Both the position numbers and the translations under genes were made by a program. DNA of 64,000 nucleotides. Origin: Candidatus Eiseniibacteriota bacterium. GTDB taxonomy: Bacteria; Eisenbacteria; RBG-16-71-46; JABDJR01. Location: assembly GCA_963762255.1 (NCBI GenBank), contig CAVXKA010000002.1, positions 416,001 through 480,000 of the forward strand, in the 5' to 3' direction. Positions 41,351 to 50,365 of the stretch are shown piece after piece; position 1 is the first letter of the stretch; every line of letters begins with the position of its first letter. The notes below the pieces were generated by a model. The model was not told the origin of the DNA. It was given only the letters and a program-made list of their open reading frames with translations, and ran no database searches.

Positions 41351-42375
41351 GGATCCGTGACGCGGAAAGTACTCATGAGCGCCTCGACTTGACGCAGCAA
41401 GTACACCTTGTCCGCCCCCGGTGCGAACACCTCTCCGATGAGAATGTAGGAGCGACCGCCGCGGTGAAACGCGAAGGCGCGGAAGGGACCCCCGATCGTG
41501 TACTTCTCGTTCTGCCAGATCCCTTCCCACTTGAGCGCGGGCGCTCCTTGAAAACTCACGGGAAAGGTGCGGGTGCGGTCGGCGAAGGCGAAGTCACCGT
41601 CGTTGTAGACCCGCAGGATGCGCTCCATGACCGGATCCCATGCTTGTGCGGTGAGCGGCACGGTCTCGTCGAGCCAGTGAACAAGAATCAGGCGCACCGG
41701 CTCCGCGGCGTTGAACTTCACGAACGCCCGGGCGGGGTCCATCGCACCGAAGAAACCCTTGTTGAGGCGCATCGTCCACCCGAACTCGCGAGCCACCTCG
41801 GCCGGGAGTTCGGTCTCCTCACCCAGGCTGAACATGGTCTCGCCCAGACCGCGCACCACCGATTCCTCGTAGGTGCGGCGCACCTCGACGGAATCGGCTT
41901 CGGTGAAGAGGCGTAACAGGTCCGGCTCGCTCCACGCGACCGCGAACAGGCTGGTTTGCCCGGTGGCGAAGCGGTCGGTGAGGAGAAGCTGGAACGGCTT
42001 CCTGGCGTCGAGGAACTGCCTTCCACCGTCTCCAAGAATGCCCGGGAGCGCCTTGGCCAATGGGTCGCGCGCACCGAGGTTCACCGCGAAGATCTGGTTC
42101 TTGACCGTCTTGTACACGGCGAAACGCGCGTAGGGAACCGATTCGATCGCAAACGCCGGCTCGGGCCCCACAACATCCACGGGGTAGGCGTAGAGGCGGC
42201 GAATCTCGGGAATCACCTGTCCGCGCGGCGAAGCGTTGGTGAAGAGGGAGATCTCGTCGTTACCGCCGACGGCTCCCGGATGCGGCCGCGTACCGCAGCC
42301 CGAGGTCACCAACATCGCCATCACCAGGAGCTGAAGCAACCCGGCACCGCACCGACGCGAGAAATGAAGACGCAT
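41347..42375 (-). CDS. DUF4837-like lipoprotein
   Basis: Lipobox TSGC, with EPAFAI, DRFATGQ, GIWQ..., GGPFRAF and FAPGADK. Confidence 0.7.
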   Translation of the reverse strand: MRLHFSRRCGAGLLQLLVMAMLVTSGCGTRPHPGAVGGNDEISLFTNASPRGQVIPEIRRLYAYPVDVVGPEPAFAIESVPYARFAVYKTVKNQIFAVNLGARDPLAKALPGILGDGGRQFLDARKPFQLLLTDRFATGQTSLFAVAWSEPDLLRLFTEADSVEVRRTYEESVVRGLGETMFSLGEETELPAEVAREFGWTMRLNKGFFGAMDPARAFVKFNAAEPVRLILVHWLDETVPLTAQAWDPVMERILRVYNDGDFAFADRTRTFPVSFQGAPALKWEGIWQNEKYTIGGPFRAFAFHRGGRSYILIGEVFAPGADKVYLLRQVEALMSTFRVTDP

Positions 42376-42390
42376 CGGCGGATTATAGGG

Positions 42391-43536
42391 TCAGCGAACC
42401 GCGGGCGCGACCCCCGCCTCTCCGGAACGGCCGGCCAGGGAAGCATCCATCTCCGGGGTCCAGGCCGAATCGGGGGCCTGCCGGATTTCCGCAACAGCGA
42501 CGGTGCGGACACCGCGCCGCAAGTACCGGATCGGCACGTTGGAGCCGGGGACGGTCGCTGCGACCAGGAAGGAGAGATCCTCGGGGCTCTGCACGCGGGC
42601 GCCGGCATATTCGAGGATCACGTCCCCGGGTATGAGGCCCGCTTCGGCGGCGGGGCTCGCGACGACGACTCGGTGCACCATCACCCCGGCCATCGCTCGT
42701 CCTCGGCCGCGGAGGGCCTTCGTGAGTTCCACCTCCAGCCCGAGGTAGCCGCGCTCGACATAGCCCAGCCTCGTCAACTCCCTGGCAATCTCGAGCGCGC
42801 TGGCCGCCGGCAGCGCCACGGTGGTCGCGATCGGATTCGCGGTGGTGACATGACCTGCCTGAACGTAGCCCGCAATAAGATCGGTGCCGGGAGGCAGGAT
42901 TGCCCGGCCAGGGCCAAGTTCGAGACGGCCGGAGAGCAACCCGACCATCCTTCCCTCCCGGTTCAGAAGGGCGCCTCCCGTGAAGCCGGGGAACATGGGA
43001 GCCGCCACTTGCAGCATGTCGACGTCTGTGTATCCCAAGCTCGGGCCATCGGGAAGCACAACCGTCCCGAAGCCCGCGCTCGGCGCCCCCGGCGCGCCGA
43101 GGCCCACCGCAAACACCATCTCCCCGGGGAAGACGAGAGCCCTGTCGTCGATGGGGATGGCAGACATCCCGAGGCCGTCCGCCTTGAGTACTGCGAGGTT
43201 GGTGCGCCGGTCCACGCCGACCACCCGCGCGATGACTGTGTCGCCGGGGACGGGCGACACCAGAACCTCTCGAGCGGAGCCGACGATCCCCGCGCACGTG
43301 AGGATGTACCCCTCTCCTATCGAGACGCCGGTTCCTATGATGCGCCCCGGAGCCTCGGCGGCGGCCGAATACTCGGTGGTGCGGATCACGCGTGTGAGAT
43401 AGCGACGAGCCTGTGTGGCGACGCGCTCTGCCTCCCCGGTGACGCCGGGCATCCCACTCGATTCGGCCGGATCGACCGGCCGGGACGCCATCGCCGCGAT
43501 CGCGAAGAAGAACGCGACGGACGTCCGTCGAAGCAT
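42391..43536 (-). CDS. HtrA/S1C trypsin-like + PDZ protein with non-catalytic triad
   Basis: Signal peptide and HtrA-like segments GTGVSI, ILTCAGIV, RTNLAVLK, FPGFTGGALLN and RGYLGL, with a PDZ (SPAAEAGLIPGDVI). TGATG overlap with the anti-sigma gene. Confidence 0.85.
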   Translation of the reverse strand: MLRRTSVAFFFAIAAMASRPVDPAESSGMPGVTGEAERVATQARRYLTRVIRTTEYSAAAEAPGRIIGTGVSIGEGYILTCAGIVGSAREVLVSPVPGDTVIARVVGVDRRTNLAVLKADGLGMSAIPIDDRALVFPGEMVFAVGLGAPGAPSAGFGTVVLPDGPSLGYTDVDMLQVAAPMFPGFTGGALLNREGRMVGLLSGRLELGPGRAILPPGTDLIAGYVQAGHVTTANPIATTVALPAASALEIARELTRLGYVERGYLGLEVELTKALRGRGRAMAGVMVHRVVVASPAAEAGLIPGDVILEYAGARVQSPEDLSFLVAATVPGSNVPIRYLRRGVRTVAVAEIRQAPDSAWTPEMDASLAGRSGEAGVAPAVR

Positions 43537-44201
43537 CAGAACGTCACCACCACGCTGGCGGAGGGATCCGATCCCACGCGGGTGAGCACCGGCGCTCCCC
43601 CCTCGGCCGGCTCGCGCAAAACCCAATCCTCTATAGCGTAGGCATCGCGGGCCATGCCCAACGACTTGGCCTCCTCGGCCGGCGGATCGTTCAGACCGGG
43701 TAGCACCTCGGGGAGCGTGGCCACGTCGGGCGGGGGCGAGACCGACACCGGAGTCCCATTCCCCACCGCCCCACGGTGTTCGAGCGCCTCCTCCACGGAG
43801 GAGACGCGAGAAGCAGCGCCCCGATCCGCGAGCGAGATCTCGGAAGAGGGGCCAACCCAGACTCGAAGCAGGCTTACCGTCACAAGGGCAAGGGCGGCGG
43901 CGGCGGCCAGCGGGAACCCCCAAGCCGCGACCCTCGGACGCAAGCGTGGTACTGCGGGCTCGTCGAAGTCGGGCACGGGCAATCCCTTCACCTCGGCGAG
44001 AACTCGCGCAGTGAATCCGCTGGAGACTGTGATGCGCGGGAGGCCGGACAACCTGGGGAGCAACGCCGCGACCTCGCGCACGCAGTCGCGGCAGCGCGGG
44101 CAGGTCTCCAGGTGATCTTCAACGATCCGGGTCTCGGCGGGGCTCGCCTCATGTTCAAGGTAAGCGGAGAGGAGGGAATCCACGCGGTCGCAAGGCTTCA
44201 T
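43536..44201 (-). CDS. Zinc-finger (zf-HC2/ZAS) transmembrane anti-sigma factor
   Basis: LLSAYLE...HLETCPRC (HxxxCxxC) and a single TM segment. Confidence 0.9.
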   Translation of the reverse strand: MKPCDRVDSLLSAYLEHEASPAETRIVEDHLETCPRCRDCVREVAALLPRLSGLPRITVSSGFTARVLAEVKGLPVPDFDEPAVPRLRPRVAAWGFPLAAAAALALVTVSLLRVWVGPSSEISLADRGAASRVSSVEEALEHRGAVGNGTPVSVSPPPDVATLPEVLPGLNDPPAEEAKSLGMARDAYAIEDWVLREPAEGGAPVLTRVGSDPSASVVVTF

Positions 44202-44243
44202 GCTGGGCTCCTGGTGGGCTCCTTCACCGAGAGGGACTCTCGG

Positions 44244-44864
44244 TCAGAGCTCGGTCTTCGCAAGGGTCTTGAGTTTCTCCTTCAGCATCAGACGGGCTCG
44301 ATTGATCCTCGATCGCACCGTGCCCCCGGGGACGCCGAGCACCTCGCCGATCTCTTCGTACGAGAGCCCCTCGATGTCCCTCAGAACCAGCGCCTCCCGA
44401 TACACATCGGGGAGCCGCCGGATAGCCTGCTCCACCATCCGGTTCGTTTGATCGCGCTCGATGAGCCGGTCGGTGGAAGGCTGGTCGTCATCACGCATCT
44501 GGGGCTCGATGGAGCCTGTCGTCTCCTCCATCTGCTCCAGACTGAACACGTTTCGCAAGCGCACCTTCCGGCGGATCTCGTTCTTGGCCAGGTTCACCGC
44601 GATGGTGAAGATCCAGGTCGAGAACCTGCCGGTCTTTCGGTAGCGTTCGCGGTGGAGGTACACCCGAACGAAGGCTTCCTGGGCGAGGTCCTCCGAGCGC
44701 TGGAAGTCCCGCACGTACCTGAATATCACGTTCTGGAGCCGGTTCTTGTACCGATCCACCAGGCAGACGAAAGCGATCTCGCTTCCGGCCACCACGTGAT
44801 CCATCAGATCCTCGTCCGGGAGGTCTCTGGAGAACGCTTGTGTCTGCAGACCCGCCTCCGTCAC
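44244..44864 (-). CDS. ECF sigma factor (RpoE-like)
   Basis: EDLAQEAF, FSTWIFTIAVN and GLSYEEIGEVLGVPGGTVRSRINRAR. GGAGG lies upstream of GTG 44864; the start is uncertain. Confidence 0.92.
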   Translation of the reverse strand: MTEAGLQTQAFSRDLPDEDLMDHVVAGSEIAFVCLVDRYKNRLQNVIFRYVRDFQRSEDLAQEAFVRVYLHRERYRKTGRFSTWIFTIAVNLAKNEIRRKVRLRNVFSLEQMEETTGSIEPQMRDDDQPSTDRLIERDQTNRMVEQAIRRLPDVYREALVLRDIEGLSYEEIGEVLGVPGGTVRSRINRARLMLKEKLKTLAKTEL

Positions 44865-44888
44865 CTGCGGCGGTACCTCCGGCCGGTA

Positions 44889-44914
44889 GTACCCACCGGC
44901 CGGGACCCGGTTCC
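44889..44914 (-). promoter_or_regulatory. Putative ECF-type autoregulatory promoter
   Basis: GGAAC (44914-44910), 17-nt spacer, GTAC (44892-44889), just upstream of the sigma RBS. Confidence 0.45.
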
Positions 44915-45009
44915 CGCTGGCCAAAGCCCCCTGTTTGGGCGCAACATAACTTCCGCGCCAGGGTATCATAGGCGTTGAGTCGGTGCAGGGCATCCTCCGG
45001 AGGCATAAC

Positions 45010-45657
45010 ATGAGTTTGGGCAAGCAGTTGACCTTCAAGCTACCGATCCTGCTCGGAAGCGCGTGCTTCCTGGCCGGGTGCTACACGATGCTTCGCCACC
45101 CCACCACCGAACTCACCCAGACCCACGGTGGAGACGCTGAGTACAGCGATTGCGCCTCCTGTCACGACCAGGGATTCGAGGAACCGCTCCTTCGAGACCC
45201 CTACGGCTACACCAACTTCGGTTTCTGGAGCTACTACGGCTGCCCCTGGTGGCTCACCGACTGCGGGCTGTCGTACGCCTACGGCAGTCCTGGCGGTCCC
45301 GGTTGGAGCGGAGGAGAGGGCGGGGGTGCTTACGGGCGGCCCACCGAAACCGACGAGGATGGGCGCGCCATCGGCTCACGGGGTGTGGTGCGAAATCTCC
45401 CAGGCCGACTTCCCACGGTCAATCCGCCCTCGGGAGGCGGCATGGCTTCCCCGGGCACAAACCTCCGTCCAAGCGAGAACACACCGGGAGCGGCCGACCC
45501 ACCATCGAACCAGGGACAGCAGGAGGGGCGCACGATGAAGCGCCCCGCCGAAACTCCCGCGGCTCCGAGCGCCCAGCCCCCTGCGGCCGCTCCGCCCCAG
45601 GACAGCAAGAAGGACGACAAGAAGGACAAGCCGGAGCAGGACAAGGCCAGGAACTAG
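45010..45657 (+). CDS. Lipoprotein with single CxxCH motif and low-complexity C-terminus
   Basis: GGAGG RBS, lipobox LAGC, CASCH at 45151-45165, a Tyr/Trp-rich segment and a Pro/Gly/Lys-rich tail. Confidence 0.75.
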   Translation: MSLGKQLTFKLPILLGSACFLAGCYTMLRHPTTELTQTHGGDAEYSDCASCHDQGFEEPLLRDPYGYTNFGFWSYYGCPWWLTDCGLSYAYGSPGGPGWSGGEGGGAYGRPTETDEDGRAIGSRGVVRNLPGRLPTVNPPSGGGMASPGTNLRPSENTPGAADPPSNQGQQEGRTMKRPAETPAAPSAQPPAAAPPQDSKKDDKKDKPEQDKARN

Positions 45658-45686
45658 GGACCGGAACACGCGGGGAGGTTTGAAAC

Positions 45687-47156
45687 ATGGTGATGACGCA
45701 GCGTTGGACGCGATACGCGGCACTTGCCGCTCTGGTGATAGCGGGTTCGCTGGCGGGCACCGTCTATGCGCAGGACGCCAAGGATCTCCCGCCGGTGGAG
45801 CTTCCGGAGACCAACTTCCACGGCATGGGGGCGCGCGCGCTGGGCATGGGCACGGCCTACACCGCGGTTTCCGAGGACGTGACCGCAATCGACTTCAATC
45901 CAGCCGGCCTCGCACAGATCCGCCGGGTAGAACTCTCGGGCGGGCTTGTCCATTCCGGCACGGATCGGACGGTCCAGCATTTCGGCGCCGCCAAGACGGA
46001 GCAGTCCAGCTTGCGGCTCGATCATCTCGCTCTCGCCTATCCCGTCCCCACCTACAGAGGAAGTCTCGTCTTCGCGGGGGGATTCCATCGCGCTGCGGAC
46101 ACCGACGTGAGCCTGCTGCGTCAAGGCTATGCGGTCCCGATCCAGGGACAGACCCCCGGACTGTTCGAGCTTGAAGACTACGTCCGCGAGGGATCGGTCG
46201 ATCGGTGGACCGTGGCGGCGGCCACGGATCTGTCGCCGAACATCTCCGTAGGCGCTTCGCTGAGCTACCTCTCGGGTTCCAGCGAGGAGACTCTTACCCT
46301 CGCCAACTACCGCGCGGTTCCCTCCGGCGGTGGGGTGATCCTGGACGTGGGCTACCCCGACTTTCCCGACGATCGCGCCTTCTTGAGCAGCGCGTCCCGA
46401 ACAAGCGAGCTCACCGGCTACACTGGCTCGCTCGGGTTTATGGGGTATCTGGATAGCGGCTTCCGCCTCGGGCTTTCGCTCGATCTCCCCAAGAAGCTCA
46501 GCTATGACGTGAACGAGGAATCGAGCCTGGAGGATTACGAAAAGATCGACTCTGACCTCCTGCTCCTCCAAGACGACATCACGCTCCCCCTCTCCGTGAA
46601 CGGCGGCGTCTCCTGGGGCGGCCGCGGGCTCCTGGTGAGCGGCGGCGCGCGGTGGGCCGATTACTCGCAGATCGACTTCGACGGGAAGATCTACGCGCCG
46701 CCGGCTCTCTCCGGCGATCCTTCGTTCGCGCAGGAGCTGGCCTACCGATCCGTCGTCGCGCTGAACGTGGGGGCGGAGTATCAGTTATCGAGTCTCCCGC
46801 TCAGGGTGCGGGCGGGCTTCTTCACCGAGCCACTCCCCTACAAGCTCATCGCCGCCGACACCGACTTCGAGTTCGTGCCGGACGACAACAACTCGCAGAC
46901 CACCTCCGATGCGTCGGTGGTGTATCGCGACTATCCGGAGGCGCGCATCGTTTCGGACCGCAAGTATTGGACGCTGGGGGCGGGGGTGCTCGTGCAGGAG
47001 GCGCTGACCCTCGACGTCGCGGTGGTGCACGGGAGTTGGGAGCGGGAGACGCCGCCGGCCTACACCCATACGACGACTTTCTATGCGACCCAGCCCACGA
47101 CGGAGAAGGTCTCTCAAACTCGCGTCTTCGTGAGCACGACCCTGCACTTCGAATAG
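45687..47156 (+). CDS. OmpP1/FadL-family outer-membrane beta-barrel
   Basis: Signal peptide, GARALGMG, FNPAGL, alternating beta strands and LRVRAGF. Confidence 0.82.
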   Translation: MVMTQRWTRYAALAALVIAGSLAGTVYAQDAKDLPPVELPETNFHGMGARALGMGTAYTAVSEDVTAIDFNPAGLAQIRRVELSGGLVHSGTDRTVQHFGAAKTEQSSLRLDHLALAYPVPTYRGSLVFAGGFHRAADTDVSLLRQGYAVPIQGQTPGLFELEDYVREGSVDRWTVAAATDLSPNISVGASLSYLSGSSEETLTLANYRAVPSGGGVILDVGYPDFPDDRAFLSSASRTSELTGYTGSLGFMGYLDSGFRLGLSLDLPKKLSYDVNEESSLEDYEKIDSDLLLLQDDITLPLSVNGGVSWGGRGLLVSGGARWADYSQIDFDGKIYAPPALSGDPSFAQELAYRSVVALNVGAEYQLSSLPLRVRAGFFTEPLPYKLIAADTDFEFVPDDNNSQTTSDASVVYRDYPEARIVSDRKYWTLGAGVLVQEALTLDVAVVHGSWERETPPAYTHTTTFYATQPTTEKVSQTRVFVSTTLHFE

Positions 47157-47163
47157 CTCCTCC

Positions 47164-47208
47164 CCCGTCGCGCGTTCGGTCCGCCGGGCGGGCCGGACGC
47201 GCCGCGGG
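47164..47208. terminator. GC-rich hairpin between convergent FadL-like gene and rnc
   Basis: GCGCGTTCGGTCCG...CGGGCCGGACGCGC inverted repeat with G-U pairs. No U-tract. Confidence 0.4.
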
Positions 47209-47970
47209 CTAGAGGAGCCCCAACCGCTCCAGCGCGTTCTGGGCCGCCGACTGCTCGGCGCGCTTCTTGTTCGTCCCCTTGCCCAGACCGAGCTGCTCGC
47301 CTCGAACCGTGACATCCACCGTGAACACCTTGCGGTGATCGGGGCCGGACTCCGAGGTGATGCGGTAGCGCGGGTACGTCTTGAAGCGCTCCTGAATGTT
47401 CTCCTGCAGGAGGCTCTTGTAGTTGACGTGGCTGCGGTTGCCGAGGATTTGATCGACGTCGTCGAGGAGTTGCCGGTCCAGAAAGCGCGCGGCGGCGGCG
47501 AGCCCGCCGTCCAGGTAGACCGCGCCGATCACGGCCTCAAAACCGTCGGCGAGGATGGAGGCGCGGAAGGATCCCCCCGATTCCCGTTCGGCGTCGCTAA
47601 GGAAGAGAAATCGCCCGAGGTTGAGGCGCTTGGCCTGCTCGGCCAGCACCCCCCTGCTCACCAGAAGGGATTTCATCTTGGTGAGCTCCCCTTCCTGGTG
47701 GTCGGGGTAGCGGTGGTAAAGGAACTCGTTGACCACGAGTTCGAGCACGGAGTCCCCAAGGAACTCCAGTCGCTCGTTCGACCCCGGAAGCTCCACCCCG
47801 TTGGAGTTCAGATAGGATCGGTGGGTGAGCGCCCAGCAGAGCAATGTTGAGTCGGAGAAGCGGTAGCCAACGTGCTTCTCGAACTCCTCCAGCACGGGCC
47901 GCAGGGAGGGATCCGAAACCGCACACCGGCGACGGCGCCTCATCCGGCGCAGAAGGCCGTGCAGACCCAT
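47209..47970 (-). CDS. rnc: Ribonuclease III
   Basis: ALTHRSY, NERLEFLGDSVL, ADGFEAVIGA and a dsRBD (NYKSLLQE...KKRAEQSAA). Confidence 0.97.
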   Translation of the reverse strand: MGLHGLLRRMRRRRRCAVSDPSLRPVLEEFEKHVGYRFSDSTLLCWALTHRSYLNSNGVELPGSNERLEFLGDSVLELVVNEFLYHRYPDHQEGELTKMKSLLVSRGVLAEQAKRLNLGRFLFLSDAERESGGSFRASILADGFEAVIGAVYLDGGLAAAARFLDRQLLDDVDQILGNRSHVNYKSLLQENIQERFKTYPRYRITSESGPDHRKVFTVDVTVRGEQLGLGKGTNKKRAEQSAAQNALERLGLL

Positions 47971-48012
47971 CTCGGGATTCCAAGCGGAGCCGACTCACCC
48001 GGGCCGCGAGGC

Positions 48013-49251
48013 CTATCGGAACCGGCGCACCGCGAGAGTGACGTTGTGGCCGCCGAACCCCAGCGAGTTGGAGAGAGCGACCTCGACCGTGGCCCGACGT
48101 GCTTCATTGGGGACACAGTCCAGGTCGCACTCCGGATCCGGGTGCTCGTAGTTGATGGTCGGGGGCAGGACACCCTCCTGAAGCGCCAAGGCGGTGGCGA
48201 TGAACTCGACCCCACCCGCAGCGCCAAGGAGGTGTCCGGTCATGGACTTCGTGGATCCCAAGGCCAACGACCGGGCGTGCTCCCCGAACACCGTCTTCAC
48301 GGCGGCAGTTTCCATCTTGTCGTTCAGCGGAGTGGATGTCCCATGGGCATTGATGTACCCCACTTCGTCCACCCGGATCTGGCCGTCGGTGAGCGCGGCC
48401 TTCATCGCCCGCGCCGCTCCCTCTCCGTTAGGAGCGGGCGCGGTCATGTGAAAGGCATCGGCGGTCAGGCCGTAGCCCACGATGCGGGCGTAAATCTTCG
48501 CCCCTCTCCGGCGCGCGTGCTCCTCGTCCTCCAGGACGACGACGCCCGCCCCCTCTCCCATGATGAAGCCGTCCCGCTCGGCATCGAACGGCCGCGACGC
48601 ACGTTCAGGAGCGTCGTTGCGGGTGGACATGGCTTTCATGGAACAGAACCCGGCGAAGCAGAGTTCGGTGAGGGTCGCCTCGGCTCCCCCGCACACCATC
48701 ACATCCGCCTGGTCCAACCGGATGGCGTTGAACGCCTCGCCGATGGCATGCGCCCCTGAGGCGCAGGCGGAGACGGTCGTGTAGTTGGGGCCCTTGAGAT
48801 TCCAGCGAATGGAGACGTAACCGGACGCCATGTTCGCGATCATCATCGGGATGAAGAAGGGGCTGACCCTGCCGGGGCCCTTCTCGAGCATGGTGCGGTG
48901 CTGTGCTTCGAAGGTGGAGATTCCGCCGATGCCGGTGCCGATGATGACCCCAGCCCGCTCGGGATCGGGCATGCCCCCATCCAGCCCGGAATCCACGATG
49001 GCCTGGTGAGCGGCAGCGAGGGCGTACTGGGTGAAGAGGTCTGTGCGGCGGGCTTCCCTGGCATCCGCGTACTGCGTCACATCGAAGTTCTTGACCTCCC
49101 CGGCGATGCGGGTGTCCAGCTTCGAAGGATCGAAACGGGTGATGAGGGTAATGCCGTTGCGGCCGCCGACCAACCCCTCCCACAACTCGGGGACCGAGTT
49201 GCCGAGGGGGGTGATCGCGCCCATGCCGGTGACGACGACGTTACGGTTCAT
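48013..49251 (-). CDS. fabF: Beta-ketoacyl-ACP synthase II
   Basis: VVVTGMG, SACASG, NAHGTST, KSMTGHLLGAAG and SNSLGFGGHN. Confidence 0.97.
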   Translation of the reverse strand: MNRNVVVTGMGAITPLGNSVPELWEGLVGGRNGITLITRFDPSKLDTRIAGEVKNFDVTQYADAREARRTDLFTQYALAAAHQAIVDSGLDGGMPDPERAGVIIGTGIGGISTFEAQHRTMLEKGPGRVSPFFIPMMIANMASGYVSIRWNLKGPNYTTVSACASGAHAIGEAFNAIRLDQADVMVCGGAEATLTELCFAGFCSMKAMSTRNDAPERASRPFDAERDGFIMGEGAGVVVLEDEEHARRRGAKIYARIVGYGLTADAFHMTAPAPNGEGAARAMKAALTDGQIRVDEVGYINAHGTSTPLNDKMETAAVKTVFGEHARSLALGSTKSMTGHLLGAAGGVEFIATALALQEGVLPPTINYEHPDPECDLDCVPNEARRATVEVALSNSLGFGGHNVTLAVRRFR

Positions 49252-49307
49252 GATTGCGGCGGCATGCAAAGGGCGCTGCCAATCGGCGCGCCCAAGCCGG
49301 AGCAGCC

Positions 49308-49544
49308 CTACTCTACGTGGTCCTTGAGGTAGCTCATGGCGTCGCCGACCGTCGCCATCTTCTCGGCGTCCTCGTCGGGAATCTCGACGTTGAACTCCTC
49401 TTCCAGAGCCATGATCAACTCAACCGTGTCGAGCGAGTCGGCGCCCAGATCGTCGATGAAGCGAGCTTCGGGTTTCACCTGGTCGGCCGAGACCCCAAGC
49501 TGCTCGACGATGATCTCCTTGACGCGGTTCTCATTGTAAGCCAT
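49308..49544 (-). CDS. acpP: Acyl carrier protein
   Basis: [14 protein letters not shown], with a GGAGG RBS. Confidence 0.98.
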   Translation of the reverse strand: MAYNENRVKEIIVEQLGVSADQVKPEARFIDDLGADSLDTVELIMALEEEFNVEIPDEDAEKMATVGDAMSYLKDHVE

Positions 49545-49615
49545 GCGAAAATCCTCCATCCGGATTGAAACCGGAGGCTATGGACTATAGCCCCCCTTCG
49601 GAAAGCTGGGGAAGG

Positions 49616-50365
49616 TTAGGCCATGACCATGCCTCCGTCAACATGGATCACCTGGCCCGTGATATACGATGCGCCGTCGCCCGCCAGAAAGGCCACGATC
49701 CCTGCGACGTCCTCGGGAGTGCCGAGGCGGCCGAGCGGAATGGCCTTCAAGAGGACGTCCTTGGCCGCGTCAGGGAGCCCCTCCGTCATCGTGGTGTCGA
49801 TGTAGCCCGGCGCCACCACGTTTGCGGTCACGTTACGCCCGGCCAACTCCCGCGCTACCGACCGGGTGAAGCCGATGATGCCGGCCTTGGATGCCGCGTA
49901 GTTCGACTGCCCGGAGTTGCCGCTGGTGGCAACGACCGAGGAAACATTCAGGATGCGTCCCCATCGGGCGCGGATCATGTCGCGACTGAAGACCTTCGTG
50001 CAGTAGAACGTGCCGTCCAGGTTCACCCGCATCACGTCGCTCCAATCCTCCGGCTTCATGCGCAGGAGAAGTTGGTCGCGGGCGATGCCGGCGTTATTGA
50101 CCAGGATGGAGATCTTGCCAAGCGCCGCTTCGACGCCTGCGGCGCTCCCCTCCACCGCCTCGAAGTCGCTCACGTCGAGCCCGAACGCGAAGGCTCGGCG
50201 TCCCAGCGCGCGGATCTCCGCCGCCACCGCCTCGGCCGGGGGCGCATGGCGGGCGGCCAGTGCGACGTCGGCGCCTCGGCGGGCGAGTTCGAGCGCGATC
50301 GCGCGACCGATTCCCCGCGATGCGCCGGTCACCAGCGCGATCTTGCCTTCGAGATAGCCGCTCAC
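49616..50365 (-). CDS. fabG: 3-oxoacyl-ACP reductase
   Basis: TGASRGIG, NNAGI, YAASKAG and PGYIDT. Confidence 0.96.
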   Translation of the reverse strand: MSGYLEGKIALVTGASRGIGRAIALELARRGADVALAARHAPPAEAVAAEIRALGRRAFAFGLDVSDFEAVEGSAAGVEAALGKISILVNNAGIARDQLLLRMKPEDWSDVMRVNLDGTFYCTKVFSRDMIRARWGRILNVSSVVATSGNSGQSNYAASKAGIIGFTRSVARELAGRNVTANVVAPGYIDTTMTEGLPDAAKDVLLKAIPLGRLGTPEDVAGIVAFLAGDGASYITGQVIHVDGGMVMA

